Shown here in pieces: positions 8,934 to 18,568 of a stretch of 64,000 nt of DNA (positions are counted from its first letter, which is position 1; each line of letters opens with the position of its first letter). The notes beneath the pieces are model-generated. The model did not search any database. It had not been told where the DNA came from and saw only the letters and a program-made list of their open reading frames with translations. Position numbers and translations under genes: made by a program. Source of the DNA: Deltaproteobacteria bacterium (GTDB lineage Bacteria > Myxococcota_A > UBA796 > SXON01); the NCBI GenBank assembly GCA_014191855.1, contig BJHF01000016.1, forward strand, positions 11,020 through 75,019. The letters are read 5' to 3'.

Positions 8934-11900
8934 ATGCGTCTTTTTGCGCTCTTCGTTTGCCTCCTCGTCCTCTCCGCGTGCCGCTCTGCAGGCACCACGA
9001 AGTTCATTCCGGACGTGGATGGAGATGGCTACAACGAGAACGAGGATTGCGACGACAACGACCCGACGATCGGCGCGCCGACGACCTACTACGCGGACGT
9101 GGACGCCGATGGGCACGGCGATCCGAACGTAGGCGACGGAGCGTGCTCCCGGCCAGAAGGCTACAGCGAAGCCGGGGATGATTGCGACGATGCCGACGCG
9201 ACGACCTACCCGGGAGCGCCGGAGCTCTGCGACGGTATCGACAACGATTGCGATGGCGTGGTGGACAATGGTGTGCCCAACACGACCTGGCATCCCGACA
9301 CCGACGGCGACGGTTACGGCGATGGCAACATCTCTTTCGACGCATGCACCGCGCCGGACGGAATGGTCGAAGATGCCGCGGATTGCGACGATGCGGACGC
9401 GGCGATCAACCCCGCGGCCGCCGAGATCTGCGACGACATTGACAACAACTGCGATGGGTTCGCGGACGAAGGCCTGACCTTCTCGACCTGGTACACCGAC
9501 AACGACGGGGACGGGTACGGCGATGACGCGACGGGCGTGACGACCTGCGCGCCGGAGGTGGGCACGGTGGATGCCGCCGGGGACTGCGACGACGCGGATC
9601 CCGACTATCACCCTTATGCGGCCGAGGTCTGCACCGATCCGAACGACTACAACTGCGATGGCTCGGTAGGCTACGCCGACACGGACGGCGACAGCTTCGC
9701 CGCGTGCGAAGAGTGTAATGACGGGGACGCGACGGTGTACCCAGGTGCGGACGAGGCCTGCAACGGCGTAGACGACGATTGTGACGGTTCGATTGACGAA
9801 GATGCGATCGACCCCTCGATCTGGTACGTCGACCTCGACGGCGACACCTATGGTGACCCCCTGTCCTCCGTCGAGGCTTGCGACGCTCCGGCCGGCTACG
9901 TGGCCGACGCGACGGACTGCGATGACCGGCGTGCAGACGTCAGCCCCGTCGCGACCGAGGTATGCGACGGCTTCGACAACGACTGCGACGCGCTCGTGGA
10001 CGACGCCGATCCCTCACTCGACGCGAGCACCGCTTCAACCTGGTATACTGACGTCGACGGTGACAGCTACGGCGACGACAGCACCGCCGCGGTGAGCTGC
10101 ACGGCCCCGGTGGACGCAGTGGCCGTAGGCGGCGACTGCGACGACACCGACTTCGACTACAACCCTGGCGCCATCGAGGCCGACTGCACCGACCCCAACG
10201 ACTACAACTGCGACGGCTCCATCGGCGCCCTCGATGACGACGGGGACGGCTACTACGCCTGCGAGGAGTGTGACGACGCGAACGCGGCGAACTTCCCTGG
10301 CGCAACGGAGCTTTGTGACGGCGCGGACAACGACTGCGACGGCACCGTGGACGAGGCGGACGCCGCTGACGCCAGCACCTGGTACGCCGACGCCGACGTC
10401 GACGGCTTTGGCGACGCTTCGACGGCCCAGACGTCTTGCGACGCCCCCCCCGGCTTCCTGGCCGACTCGACCGACTGCGACGACACGGATGATCAGGTGA
10501 ATCCGGCCGAAGTCGAGGTCTGCAACGGCATCGACGACAACTGCGATGGCGTGATCGATACCGACGCGGCCGATGCCTCGGCTTGGTACGCCGACACGGA
10601 TGGCGACGGCTTCGGCGACGTCTCCAGCGCCGCGTCTAGCTGCTCCGCCCCCGCCGGCTACGTTGCCGACGCAACGGACTGCGACGACGGCGACACCGCC
10701 GTGAACCCTGGCGCAACCGAGGTTTGCGACGGCATCGACAACGACTGCGACGGCTCCACCGATCTTGGCCTGGGCAGCACTTGGTACGACGACGACGACG
10801 CGGACGGCTACGGCGATGCAACCGCGACGGTCGTCGCTTGCGACCTTCCGGCCGGCTACTCGGCGGACGACACCGACTGCGACGATTCGGATGCCGCGAT
10901 CAATCCTGGGGCAGCCGAAGTCTGTGATGGCCTGGACAACGACTGCGACACCCTCGTGGACGAGGATGGCGCGTCTACCACCTACTACGCCGACATTGAC
11001 GCGGACGGCTACGGAGACGCCGCGAGCACCACTGCCGCGTGCGCGGCCCCGGCCGGCTACGTGAGCGACAGCGCCGATTGCGACGACACCCGCGCCGACA
11101 TCAACCCGGCGGCCAGCGAGGTGTGCGACGGGCTTGACAACGATTGCGACACCCTCGTGGACGACGACGACAGCTCGCTCGACACCTCGACGGCGAGCCT
11201 CTGGTACACCGACACCGATGCCGACGGGTACGGCGACGACACCTCCACCGCGCTCGCTTGTGTTGCGCCCGTGGGGGCAAGCGCGCTTGGCGGCGACTGC
11301 GACGACGCGGACCCGGCCTACAACCCCGGCGCGATCGAAGCCGATTGCACCGATCCCGCCGACTACAACTGCGACGGCTCCGTAGGGGCAACAGACGCCG
11401 ACAGCGACGGCTACTACGCTTGCGAGGAGTGCGACGACGGGAACGCCGCGATCAACCCCGGCGCAACCGAGCTGTGCGACGGCGCGGACAACGATTGCGA
11501 CGGCACGGTGGACGAAGCCGATGCGGCGGACGCGACGGCCTGGTACGCCGACGCGGATGGCGACGCCTTCGGCGATCCAAGCAGCCCCGAGCTCGCCTGC
11601 TCGGCCCCCGCCGGGTACGTCGCGGACGACACCGACTGCGACGACAGCGAGAGCGCGATCAACCCCGCGCAAGCCGAGCTTTGCAACGGGATCGACGACG
11701 ATTGCGACGGCTCCGTGGACGACGGCGCCACGATCGGCGCCTACTACGCCGACGCGGATGGGGACGGCTACGGCGATGCCACCGTGTCGACGACCTCCTG
11801 CTCGCCGCCGGCCGGGTACGTGGCCGATGACACCGACTGCGACGACACCGAGTCGACGGTCAACCCGGGCGGCACCGAGGTGTGCGACGGGCTCGACAAC

Positions 11901-14705
11901 GACTGCAACGGCTTCACGGACGAGGGCGCGACCACCCGGTACTACGCCGACAGTGACGGCGACGGCTACGGCGACCTCAGCACGACGACAACCGCCTGCT
12001 CCCCGCCCGCCGGCTACGTGACGGACGGCACGGATTGCGACGACACCGCCGCGAGCGTGAACCCCGGCGCCACCGAAGCGTGCAACGGCGAAGACGACGA
12101 TTGCGATGGCAGCGTGGACGAGGGCCTCTCCGCGAGCACCTGGTACGCCGACGCGGACGGGGACAGCTACGGAGACGCCACGGTCACGACGACCTCGTGT
12201 TCGACTCCCTCCGGCTACGTGTCCAACTCGACAGACTGCGACGACGGAAACTCGGCGGTCAACCCTGCGGCCACGGAGGTGTGCGACTACATCGACAACG
12301 ACTGCGACGGCGACACCGACGAGCGTGTGCGCCGACGCTATTACGCCGACGCCGACGGGGATCGGTACGGCGACCCGGCGACGAGCACCGCGGCCTACTG
12401 TTCACTGCCCTCCGGGTACGTGCGCACGGGGACGGACTGCGACGACACCGACGCGGCCATCCACCCGGGCGCTACGGAGCTTTGTAACGGCGTAGACGAC
12501 GACTGCGATACCCTCGTGGACGAGAGCGTGACGTTCACGACGTACTACGCAGACGCGGACGGGGACAGCTACGGGGACGCCGCTACGTCCACCTCTTCGT
12601 GCACAACCGTGGCCGGGTACGTCACGGACGACACGGACTGCGATGACACCGAGGCTGCGGTGAACCCCGGCGAAACCGAAGTGTGCAACAGCATCGACGA
12701 CGACTGCGATGGCAGCGTGGACGAAGGCCTGGGGAGCACCTGGTACGCCGACGCGGACGGGGACAGCTACGGCGACGCGAGCACGGCGGCCACCGCCTGC
12801 TCTGCGCCCGCCGGCTATGTTGCGGTCAGCGACGACTGCGACGACACGGATGCTTCCGTGAATCCCGGCGAGGTTGAAACCTGCAACTCCGTGGACGACG
12901 ACTGCGATGGCAGCGTGGACGAGGGGCTCGGCTCGACCTGGTACGCGGATGCGGACGGCGACAGCTACGGCGACGCGGCCACCAGCACGAGCGCCTGCTC
13001 GGCGCCGTCCGGCTACGTCAGCAACAGCACCGACTGCGACGACAGCGTTGCGGCCGTGAACCCCGGCGCCGCGGAAGTGTGCAACTCCATCGACGACGAT
13101 TGCGATGGCAGCGTCGACGAGGGTCTCGGCTCCACCCTCTACGCGGACGTAGACGGCGATGGCTACGGCGACAGCGCTTCGTCGCTGAGCACGTGCGCTT
13201 CGCCGGTCGGCTACGTCAGCAACAGCACCGACTGTGACGACACGGACGCGGCGGTGTACCCCGGCGCGGCCGAGGTCTGCGACAGCGCGGACAACGACTG
13301 CGACGGCAGCATCGACGAGGGGCTGGGCGCCACGCTCTACGCCGACGTAGACGGCGATGGGTACGGCGACAGCGCGACCTCGCTGAGCACCTGCGCTTCA
13401 CCCGTCGGCTACGTCGCAAGCTCCACGGACTGCGACGACACCGACGCGGCGATCCACCCCGGCGCAACCGAGCTGTGCGATGGCACCGACAATGACTGCG
13501 ATGGCAGCATCGACGAAGGGTTGCCGACGAGCAGCTACTACGCCGACCTCGACAGCGACGGCTATGGCGACGCTTCGAGCGCCGTCAGCGCCTGCGCCAC
13601 GCCGGCGGCCTATGTGAGCGACGACACGGATTGCGACGACACCGACGCCGCGATCAACCCCGGTGCCGCCGAGGTGTGCGACAGCATCGACAACGATTGC
13701 GATGGCAGCATCGACGAGGGCCTGGTGATCGGCAGCTACTACGCCGATGCCGACAGCGACAGCTACGGGGATTCCTCCGTGGCCGCCTCCGGCTGTACGG
13801 CTCCAGCCGGCTACGTCGCGGACGACACCGACTGCGACGACACCGACACGGACATCCACCCCGGCGCGACGGAAGTGTGCGACGGCGCGGACAACGACTG
13901 TGATGGCAGCGTGGACGAAGGCCTGCTTGGCACCTACTACATCGACGCGGACGGCGACGCCTATGGCGACGCCAGCACGTCGATCAGCGCGTGTTCGACG
14001 CCGGTCGGGTACGTGGCGAACGCGACGGACTGTAACGACGCCGATGCGGCCATCAATCCGGCGGCCACCGAGGTGTGTGACGAGGTGGACAACGACTGCG
14101 ATGGCAGCATCGACGAAGGCTTTGCGACGGCCACGTGGTACGACGACGCAGACGGGGACACCTACGGGGATCTGGACACGGCGTTCACCACTTGCGACGG
14201 CGCGCCCCCCGGCTACGTCGCAGACAACACCGATTGCGACGACACCGACGCGACGATCAACCCGGCCGCCGTGGAGGTCTGCGACGCCCTCGACAACAAC
14301 TGCGACGGAAGCATCGACGAAGGTGGTGTTTGCCCCTGCGAAGTTGAGGAGTACGACGCCCACGCGTACATGTTCTGCGACACGGGCGCGTCCTGGACCA
14401 CCGCGGAAACCAACTGCCTGACCTACGGCTACGACCTGGTGACCGTCGACGACGCCGCCGAGAACACCTGGGTGGCAGCCACGGCCGCGACCTACTCCGG
14501 CGGGAAGTGGTGGATCGGACTCAACGATCGTTCGGTTGAGGCAACCTACGCGTGGTCGAGCGGCACCGCGGTGTCCTACACCAACTGGTCCTCGGCCGAG
14601 CCGAGCGGGCGCGGCCCTTCGGACTGCGTAAACGTGAAGACCTCGAACGGGAAGTGGAGCGACCACAACTGCTCAAGCGCCTTGCGCTACGTGTGTGAGG
14701 AGTAG
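8934..14705 (+). CDS. Giant acidic repeat lipoprotein (about 28 MopE-like metal-binding repeats) with C-terminal C-type lectin domain, 1923 aa
   Basis: Signal MRLFALFVCLLVLSAC with GGAG SD; DCDD..P.A.E.C.G.D.DCDG units alternating with WYxDxDGDGYG; C-terminus with WIGL, EPS, WSD and CTLD cysteines. Confidence 0.9.
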   Translation: MRLFALFVCLLVLSACRSAGTTKFIPDVDGDGYNENEDCDDNDPTIGAPTTYYADVDADGHGDPNVGDGACSRPEGYSEAGDDCDDADATTYPGAPELCDGIDNDCDGVVDNGVPNTTWHPDTDGDGYGDGNISFDACTAPDGMVEDAADCDDADAAINPAAAEICDDIDNNCDGFADEGLTFSTWYTDNDGDGYGDDATGVTTCAPEVGTVDAAGDCDDADPDYHPYAAEVCTDPNDYNCDGSVGYADTDGDSFAACEECNDGDATVYPGADEACNGVDDDCDGSIDEDAIDPSIWYVDLDGDTYGDPLSSVEACDAPAGYVADATDCDDRRADVSPVATEVCDGFDNDCDALVDDADPSLDASTASTWYTDVDGDSYGDDSTAAVSCTAPVDAVAVGGDCDDTDFDYNPGAIEADCTDPNDYNCDGSIGALDDDGDGYYACEECDDANAANFPGATELCDGADNDCDGTVDEADAADASTWYADADVDGFGDASTAQTSCDAPPGFLADSTDCDDTDDQVNPAEVEVCNGIDDNCDGVIDTDAADASAWYADTDGDGFGDVSSAASSCSAPAGYVADATDCDDGDTAVNPGATEVCDGIDNDCDGSTDLGLGSTWYDDDDADGYGDATATVVACDLPAGYSADDTDCDDSDAAINPGAAEVCDGLDNDCDTLVDEDGASTTYYADIDADGYGDAASTTAACAAPAGYVSDSADCDDTRADINPAASEVCDGLDNDCDTLVDDDDSSLDTSTASLWYTDTDADGYGDDTSTALACVAPVGASALGGDCDDADPAYNPGAIEADCTDPADYNCDGSVGATDADSDGYYACEECDDGNAAINPGATELCDGADNDCDGTVDEADAADATAWYADADGDAFGDPSSPELACSAPAGYVADDTDCDDSESAINPAQAELCNGIDDDCDGSVDDGATIGAYYADADGDGYGDATVSTTSCSPPAGYVADDTDCDDTESTVNPGGTEVCDGLDNDCNGFTDEGATTRYYADSDGDGYGDLSTTTTACSPPAGYVTDGTDCDDTAASVNPGATEACNGEDDDCDGSVDEGLSASTWYADADGDSYGDATVTTTSCSTPSGYVSNSTDCDDGNSAVNPAATEVCDYIDNDCDGDTDERVRRRYYADADGDRYGDPATSTAAYCSLPSGYVRTGTDCDDTDAAIHPGATELCNGVDDDCDTLVDESVTFTTYYADADGDSYGDAATSTSSCTTVAGYVTDDTDCDDTEAAVNPGETEVCNSIDDDCDGSVDEGLGSTWYADADGDSYGDASTAATACSAPAGYVAVSDDCDDTDASVNPGEVETCNSVDDDCDGSVDEGLGSTWYADADGDSYGDAATSTSACSAPSGYVSNSTDCDDSVAAVNPGAAEVCNSIDDDCDGSVDEGLGSTLYADVDGDGYGDSASSLSTCASPVGYVSNSTDCDDTDAAVYPGAAEVCDSADNDCDGSIDEGLGATLYADVDGDGYGDSATSLSTCASPVGYVASSTDCDDTDAAIHPGATELCDGTDNDCDGSIDEGLPTSSYYADLDSDGYGDASSAVSACATPAAYVSDDTDCDDTDAAINPGAAEVCDSIDNDCDGSIDEGLVIGSYYADADSDSYGDSSVAASGCTAPAGYVADDTDCDDTDTDIHPGATEVCDGADNDCDGSVDEGLLGTYYIDADGDAYGDASTSISACSTPVGYVANATDCNDADAAINPAATEVCDEVDNDCDGSIDEGFATATWYDDADGDTYGDLDTAFTTCDGAPPGYVADNTDCDDTDATINPAAVEVCDALDNNCDGSIDEGGVCPCEVEEYDAHAYMFCDTGASWTTAETNCLTYGYDLVTVDDAAENTWVAATAATYSGGKWWIGLNDRSVEATYAWSSGTAVSYTNWSSAEPSGRGPSDCVNVKTSNGKWSDHNCSSALRYVCEE
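9040..14330 (+). repeat. Intragenic tandem repeat array (mostly 55-65 aa units)
   Basis: About 28 D/E-C-D/N-D units counted in the translation. Confidence 0.9.
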
Positions 14706-14732
14706 CGCGGGTTAGGGCCCTCCGGCCCGCCC

Positions 14733-15788
14733 ATGCTCCCCTCTTGGCTCACCGCCCTCGGCCCCTGGGGCACCGCGATCCTCACCGGCACCGGTGTAGC
14801 CCTCGTTGTCGGCCTGCTTCTGCCCCTGATTGCGGGCCGCCTCCGCGCCGCCGCCGCACGCACGCACACCCCCTGGGATGACGACGCGGCGGACGCGCTC
14901 GCCACCCGTAGCCGCCTCGCGCCCGTCGCCCTTGCGGCGTTCGCGGCCGCGCAGGTCGTCAATCTCCCGCCGCCCACCGCGAGCGGCCTCCTGACCATCG
15001 CCGCGATCGCCGCGATCGGCCAGGCCGCCCTCTGGACCGACCACCTCGCCCGGGCGTACGTGCTGCGTCGCCAAACCCTGGCCGAAACCACCGGTCGCTC
15101 GGGCGACATCCCGATCTGGGCGGTGTTCGGCATCGCCGGTCGCATCGTCGTGTGGATCCTCGCGGGCATGTGGGCGCTCGGCGAATTGGGCGTCGACGTT
15201 TCCACGCTCGTGGCCGGCCTCGGCGTGGGTGGGATCGCCGTGGGCCTGGCGCTCCAGAGCATCCTTGGCGATGTGTTCGCGTCCCTCTCCATCGTGTTCG
15301 ACAAACCCTTCGCGATCGGCGACGATCTGGAGATCGACGGCTTCGCGGGGCGGGTGGAGCACATCGGCCTGCGCAGCACGCGGCTCCGCAGCGTGAACGG
15401 AGAGCAGATCGTCCTCTCGAACGCCGATCTCCTCAAGGGCCGCATCCGGAACTTCCACCCGCTCACCGAGCGCCGGGTGAAGCTCACCCTGGGCGTCACC
15501 TACGGCACACCCACGGAGAAGCTGGCCGCTATCCCCGGCTTCGCTCGCGCGGTGATCGAGGCGGTTCCCCTCTCGCGCTTCGATCGTGCCCACATCGTCC
15601 GGCTCGCCGAGTCCAGCATCGACGTGGAGGTGGTGTTCACGTTCCAGAGCGCCGATGCGCTGGCGCACCTCGACGCACAGCAGACGGTGATCCTGGGCTT
15701 GTTGCGAAAGCTCGAAGCCGAAGGCATCCAGCTCGCTTTCCCCACCCGCACGATCCATCTCAACCCACCGGGTGCGCCCCATGCGTGA
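14733..15788 (+). CDS. mscS: Small-conductance mechanosensitive channel (MscS family), 351 aa
   Basis: AGLGVGGIAVGLALQ TM3, DKPFAIGD, VEHIGLRST, GIQLAFP. Confidence 0.9.
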   Translation: MLPSWLTALGPWGTAILTGTGVALVVGLLLPLIAGRLRAAAARTHTPWDDDAADALATRSRLAPVALAAFAAAQVVNLPPPTASGLLTIAAIAAIGQAALWTDHLARAYVLRRQTLAETTGRSGDIPIWAVFGIAGRIVVWILAGMWALGELGVDVSTLVAGLGVGGIAVGLALQSILGDVFASLSIVFDKPFAIGDDLEIDGFAGRVEHIGLRSTRLRSVNGEQIVLSNADLLKGRIRNFHPLTERRVKLTLGVTYGTPTEKLAAIPGFARAVIEAVPLSRFDRAHIVRLAESSIDVEVVFTFQSADALAHLDAQQTVILGLLRKLEAEGIQLAFPTRTIHLNPPGAPHA

Positions 15789-17565
15789 TCTCCGCGCCTT
15801 TCTCGACGTGCTCCGGGCCGAGGGGGAGCTGGTGGAGATCGACGCCGAAGTGAACCCCAACCTGGAGATCGCCGAGGTTCACCGCCGCGTGATCGCCGCA
15901 GGCGGGCCGGCGCTGTTGTTCAAGCGCCCCACCGGGAGCAGCTTCCCGGTCGTCACCAACCTGTTCGGCACGAAGAAGCGGGTGGATCTCGCGTTCGGCC
16001 GCCGCGCCAACGACTTCGTGAAGCGCGCGGCAGGCCTGCCCCACGAGCTGATGCCGCCCTCGTTGGGCAAGCTCTGGGGCCTGCGCGACTTTGGCTGGCA
16101 GGCGCTCGATCTCGGCCTCCAGCACGCCGCGCGCGGGCCGGTCACCGAGGTCGTCACCGCGCCAAACCTGAGCCGGATCCCGATGCTCACGAGCTGGCCG
16201 GAGGACTCGGGCGCGTTCGTCACCCTCCCGCTGGTGTACACCGAGCACCCCGAAACCCACGTTCACAACCTCGGGATGTACCGGATCGAGCGGAAGGCCG
16301 ACAACCGCACCGGGATGCACTGGCAGATCGGGAAGGGGGGCGGCTTCCACCACCATGTCGCCGAGCAGCGCCACGAAGCGCTCCCGGTGAACCTGTTCGT
16401 CGGCGGGCCGCCCGGCCTGATCGCGAGCGCGATCGCGCCGTTGCCCGAGAATGTGCCCGAGCTGTTGTTGGCGTCGCTGCTCGTCGGCGAGCGCCTGCGC
16501 CGCTGCGACAACCCGGCGGGTCCGCTCCCCCTCGTGGCCGACTGCGAGTTCGCGATCGTGGGCGAAGTACCCCCGCACCTACGCGAGCCGGAGGGGCCGT
16601 TCGGCGACCACTACGGCTACTACTCCCTGCAACACGACTTCCCCGTGTTCAACGTGGCGAAAGTGTGCCACCGGAAGGACGCGATCTGGCCCGCCACGGT
16701 GGTCGGCAAGCCCCGTCAGGAAGACTTCTTCCTCGGCGACTGGCTGCAGGAGCTGCTCTCACCGCTCTTCCCGGTGGTCATGCCCGCGGTTCGCGACCTC
16801 TGGAGCTACGGCGAAACGGGGTACCACGCGCTCTCCGCCGCCGTCGTGCAGGAGCGGTACCGTCGTGAGGCGATGGCGAGCGCGTTCCGCATCCTCGGCG
16901 AAGGCCAGCTCTCCCTGACCAAGTTCCTGTTGCTCCTCGATCAACCCATGGATCTCAAGAACTTCCAGCCGGTGCTGGAGCACGTGCTCGCGCGCTTCCG
17001 GCCCGAAACCGACCTCTACGTGCTGAGCAACCTCTCGATGGACACGCTCGACTACGCCGGCCCCGCCCTCAACGAAGGCAGCAAGGCGGTGATGATGGGC
17101 GTTGGCCCAGCGGTTCGGGAGCTTCCCCGCCAGTTTCGGGGCGAGCTTCCCGGGGGCGTCGGGAGCGTCGCGGTATACTGCGGCGGCTGCCTCGTCGTAA
17201 GCGGCCCCGCCTACGCAGAGGAGCCCGGCGCCGCCGATCGCCTCGCCGCCAACTTCCCCGGCTGGCCGCTGGTCGTGCTCGTCGACGATGCCCGCGAGGC
17301 CACCCGCAGCGACAGCCGCTTCCTCTGGACGGCGTTCACTCGCATGGAGCCGGCGGCCGATCTTCACGGCGCCCGTCGCATTCATCGCAACCACGTCGTA
17401 TTCGAAGGCAGCATCGTCCTCGATGCGCGCAAGAAGCCGACCTACCCCGCCGAGCTGTTCTGCGATCCCGACACGGCCGCGACCGTGGATCGGCGCTGGG
17501 CGGAGTACTTCCCCTCCGGAAAGGTGGAGATGGGCGACTCCGATGTCGGTCACCTCGATCGGTGA
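15781..17565 (+). CDS. UbiD-family prFMN decarboxylase (long, menaquinone-pathway-like), 594 aa
   Basis: NLFG, NLGMYR, EGPFGDH, VGKPRQED motifs; overlaps the mscS stop. Confidence 0.9.
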   Translation: MRDLRAFLDVLRAEGELVEIDAEVNPNLEIAEVHRRVIAAGGPALLFKRPTGSSFPVVTNLFGTKKRVDLAFGRRANDFVKRAAGLPHELMPPSLGKLWGLRDFGWQALDLGLQHAARGPVTEVVTAPNLSRIPMLTSWPEDSGAFVTLPLVYTEHPETHVHNLGMYRIERKADNRTGMHWQIGKGGGFHHHVAEQRHEALPVNLFVGGPPGLIASAIAPLPENVPELLLASLLVGERLRRCDNPAGPLPLVADCEFAIVGEVPPHLREPEGPFGDHYGYYSLQHDFPVFNVAKVCHRKDAIWPATVVGKPRQEDFFLGDWLQELLSPLFPVVMPAVRDLWSYGETGYHALSAAVVQERYRREAMASAFRILGEGQLSLTKFLLLLDQPMDLKNFQPVLEHVLARFRPETDLYVLSNLSMDTLDYAGPALNEGSKAVMMGVGPAVRELPRQFRGELPGGVGSVAVYCGGCLVVSGPAYAEEPGAADRLAANFPGWPLVVLVDDAREATRSDSRFLWTAFTRMEPAADLHGARRIHRNHVVFEGSIVLDARKKPTYPAELFCDPDTAATVDRRWAEYFPSGKVEMGDSDVGHLDR

Positions 17566-17578
17566 CATAATCGTGGCC

Positions 17579-18568
17579 ATGCTGCCGCTCCTCCTCGCCT
17601 GCGCCCAAGCCAAGCTGTCCGTGGATGGCGCGGACACGGGAAAAGACGACCCGATCCTTGGGGATTCTGCGGACACGGCGGACAGCGCCGACACCGGCGA
17701 AACCGACGAGCTCGTGTACGATTGCGCCGCGCTCCCGCAGCTCGGGGACATCGAGGACAATGAGCTGGTTGGGCCCCGCGCGTACCACGACGTGATCTTC
17801 GACGACGCCGGGAACCTGCTCGGCACGGATGGCTCGTCGATCCTCAAGTCCACGTACGCCGGGGCGGTGACGCCGTTCGTTCCCGGCCTTGGCACGGTGC
17901 AGGGCATGGCGCACCTTCCCGACGGGGACATCGTGGCGGCCGACGACACTCAGGCAGCCCTCCTCCGCATCGGCGCCGACGGCGCGGTGAGCACGATCGC
18001 GACGGGCCTGTCGGGGGCGTACGGGGTCACGGTCGGCCCCGACGGCATGGTGTACGTGGGAAATATCTACAACGGCGGGCGCGTGGAGATGGTTCGGGTC
18101 GATCCCACGACGGGCGAGTCGGCCACGTGGCTCACGATGCGGGCGGGAGAGTCCCCGCGAATGGTGGTGTTCTCGGTCGACAACACCGTGGGGTACATCG
18201 CCACCGTCGGGCGTATGCGGGTCTATGCCGTGGACCTCGACGCCGACCTCAACGTGGTGGGCGACGCCCGCGTGTACGCCGACAATGTGGGCGCAGGCTG
18301 GCAGGACGGGATTGGCCTGGATGCGTGCGGGAACCTGTACGTACCCGACTACTCCTCCTCGTCGATGTACCGCATCACACCCGATGGCACGGTGGAGGAC
18401 CTGATGCGCCACCGCGCCGGGATCTACGGACACGGCCTGGAGTGGGGCAGCGGCATCGGCGGGTGGCGAACCGACGCGATCTACCTGCCGCAACCCTACG
18501 ACGGCTTGACCGTGCGGGAGCTGGTGATCGGCGTACCCTCGGCCGACACGCTCCGCACTGGACCGTAG
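17579..18568 (+). CDS. SMP-30/gluconolactonase-like beta-propeller lipoprotein, 329 aa
   Basis: MLPLLLAC, acidic linker, propeller repeats (GVTVGPDGMVYVG, DGIGLDACGNLYV). Confidence 0.8.
   Translation: MLPLLLACAQAKLSVDGADTGKDDPILGDSADTADSADTGETDELVYDCAALPQLGDIEDNELVGPRAYHDVIFDDAGNLLGTDGSSILKSTYAGAVTPFVPGLGTVQGMAHLPDGDIVAADDTQAALLRIGADGAVSTIATGLSGAYGVTVGPDGMVYVGNIYNGGRVEMVRVDPTTGESATWLTMRAGESPRMVVFSVDNTVGYIATVGRMRVYAVDLDADLNVVGDARVYADNVGAGWQDGIGLDACGNLYVPDYSSSSMYRITPDGTVEDLMRHRAGIYGHGLEWGSGIGGWRTDAIYLPQPYDGLTVRELVIGVPSADTLRTGP

Noticed and set aside
14331-14705. C-type lectin as a DGR target
   Set aside because: No reverse transcriptase or template repeat seen; domain is the canonical CTLD type, not FGE/Mtd-type
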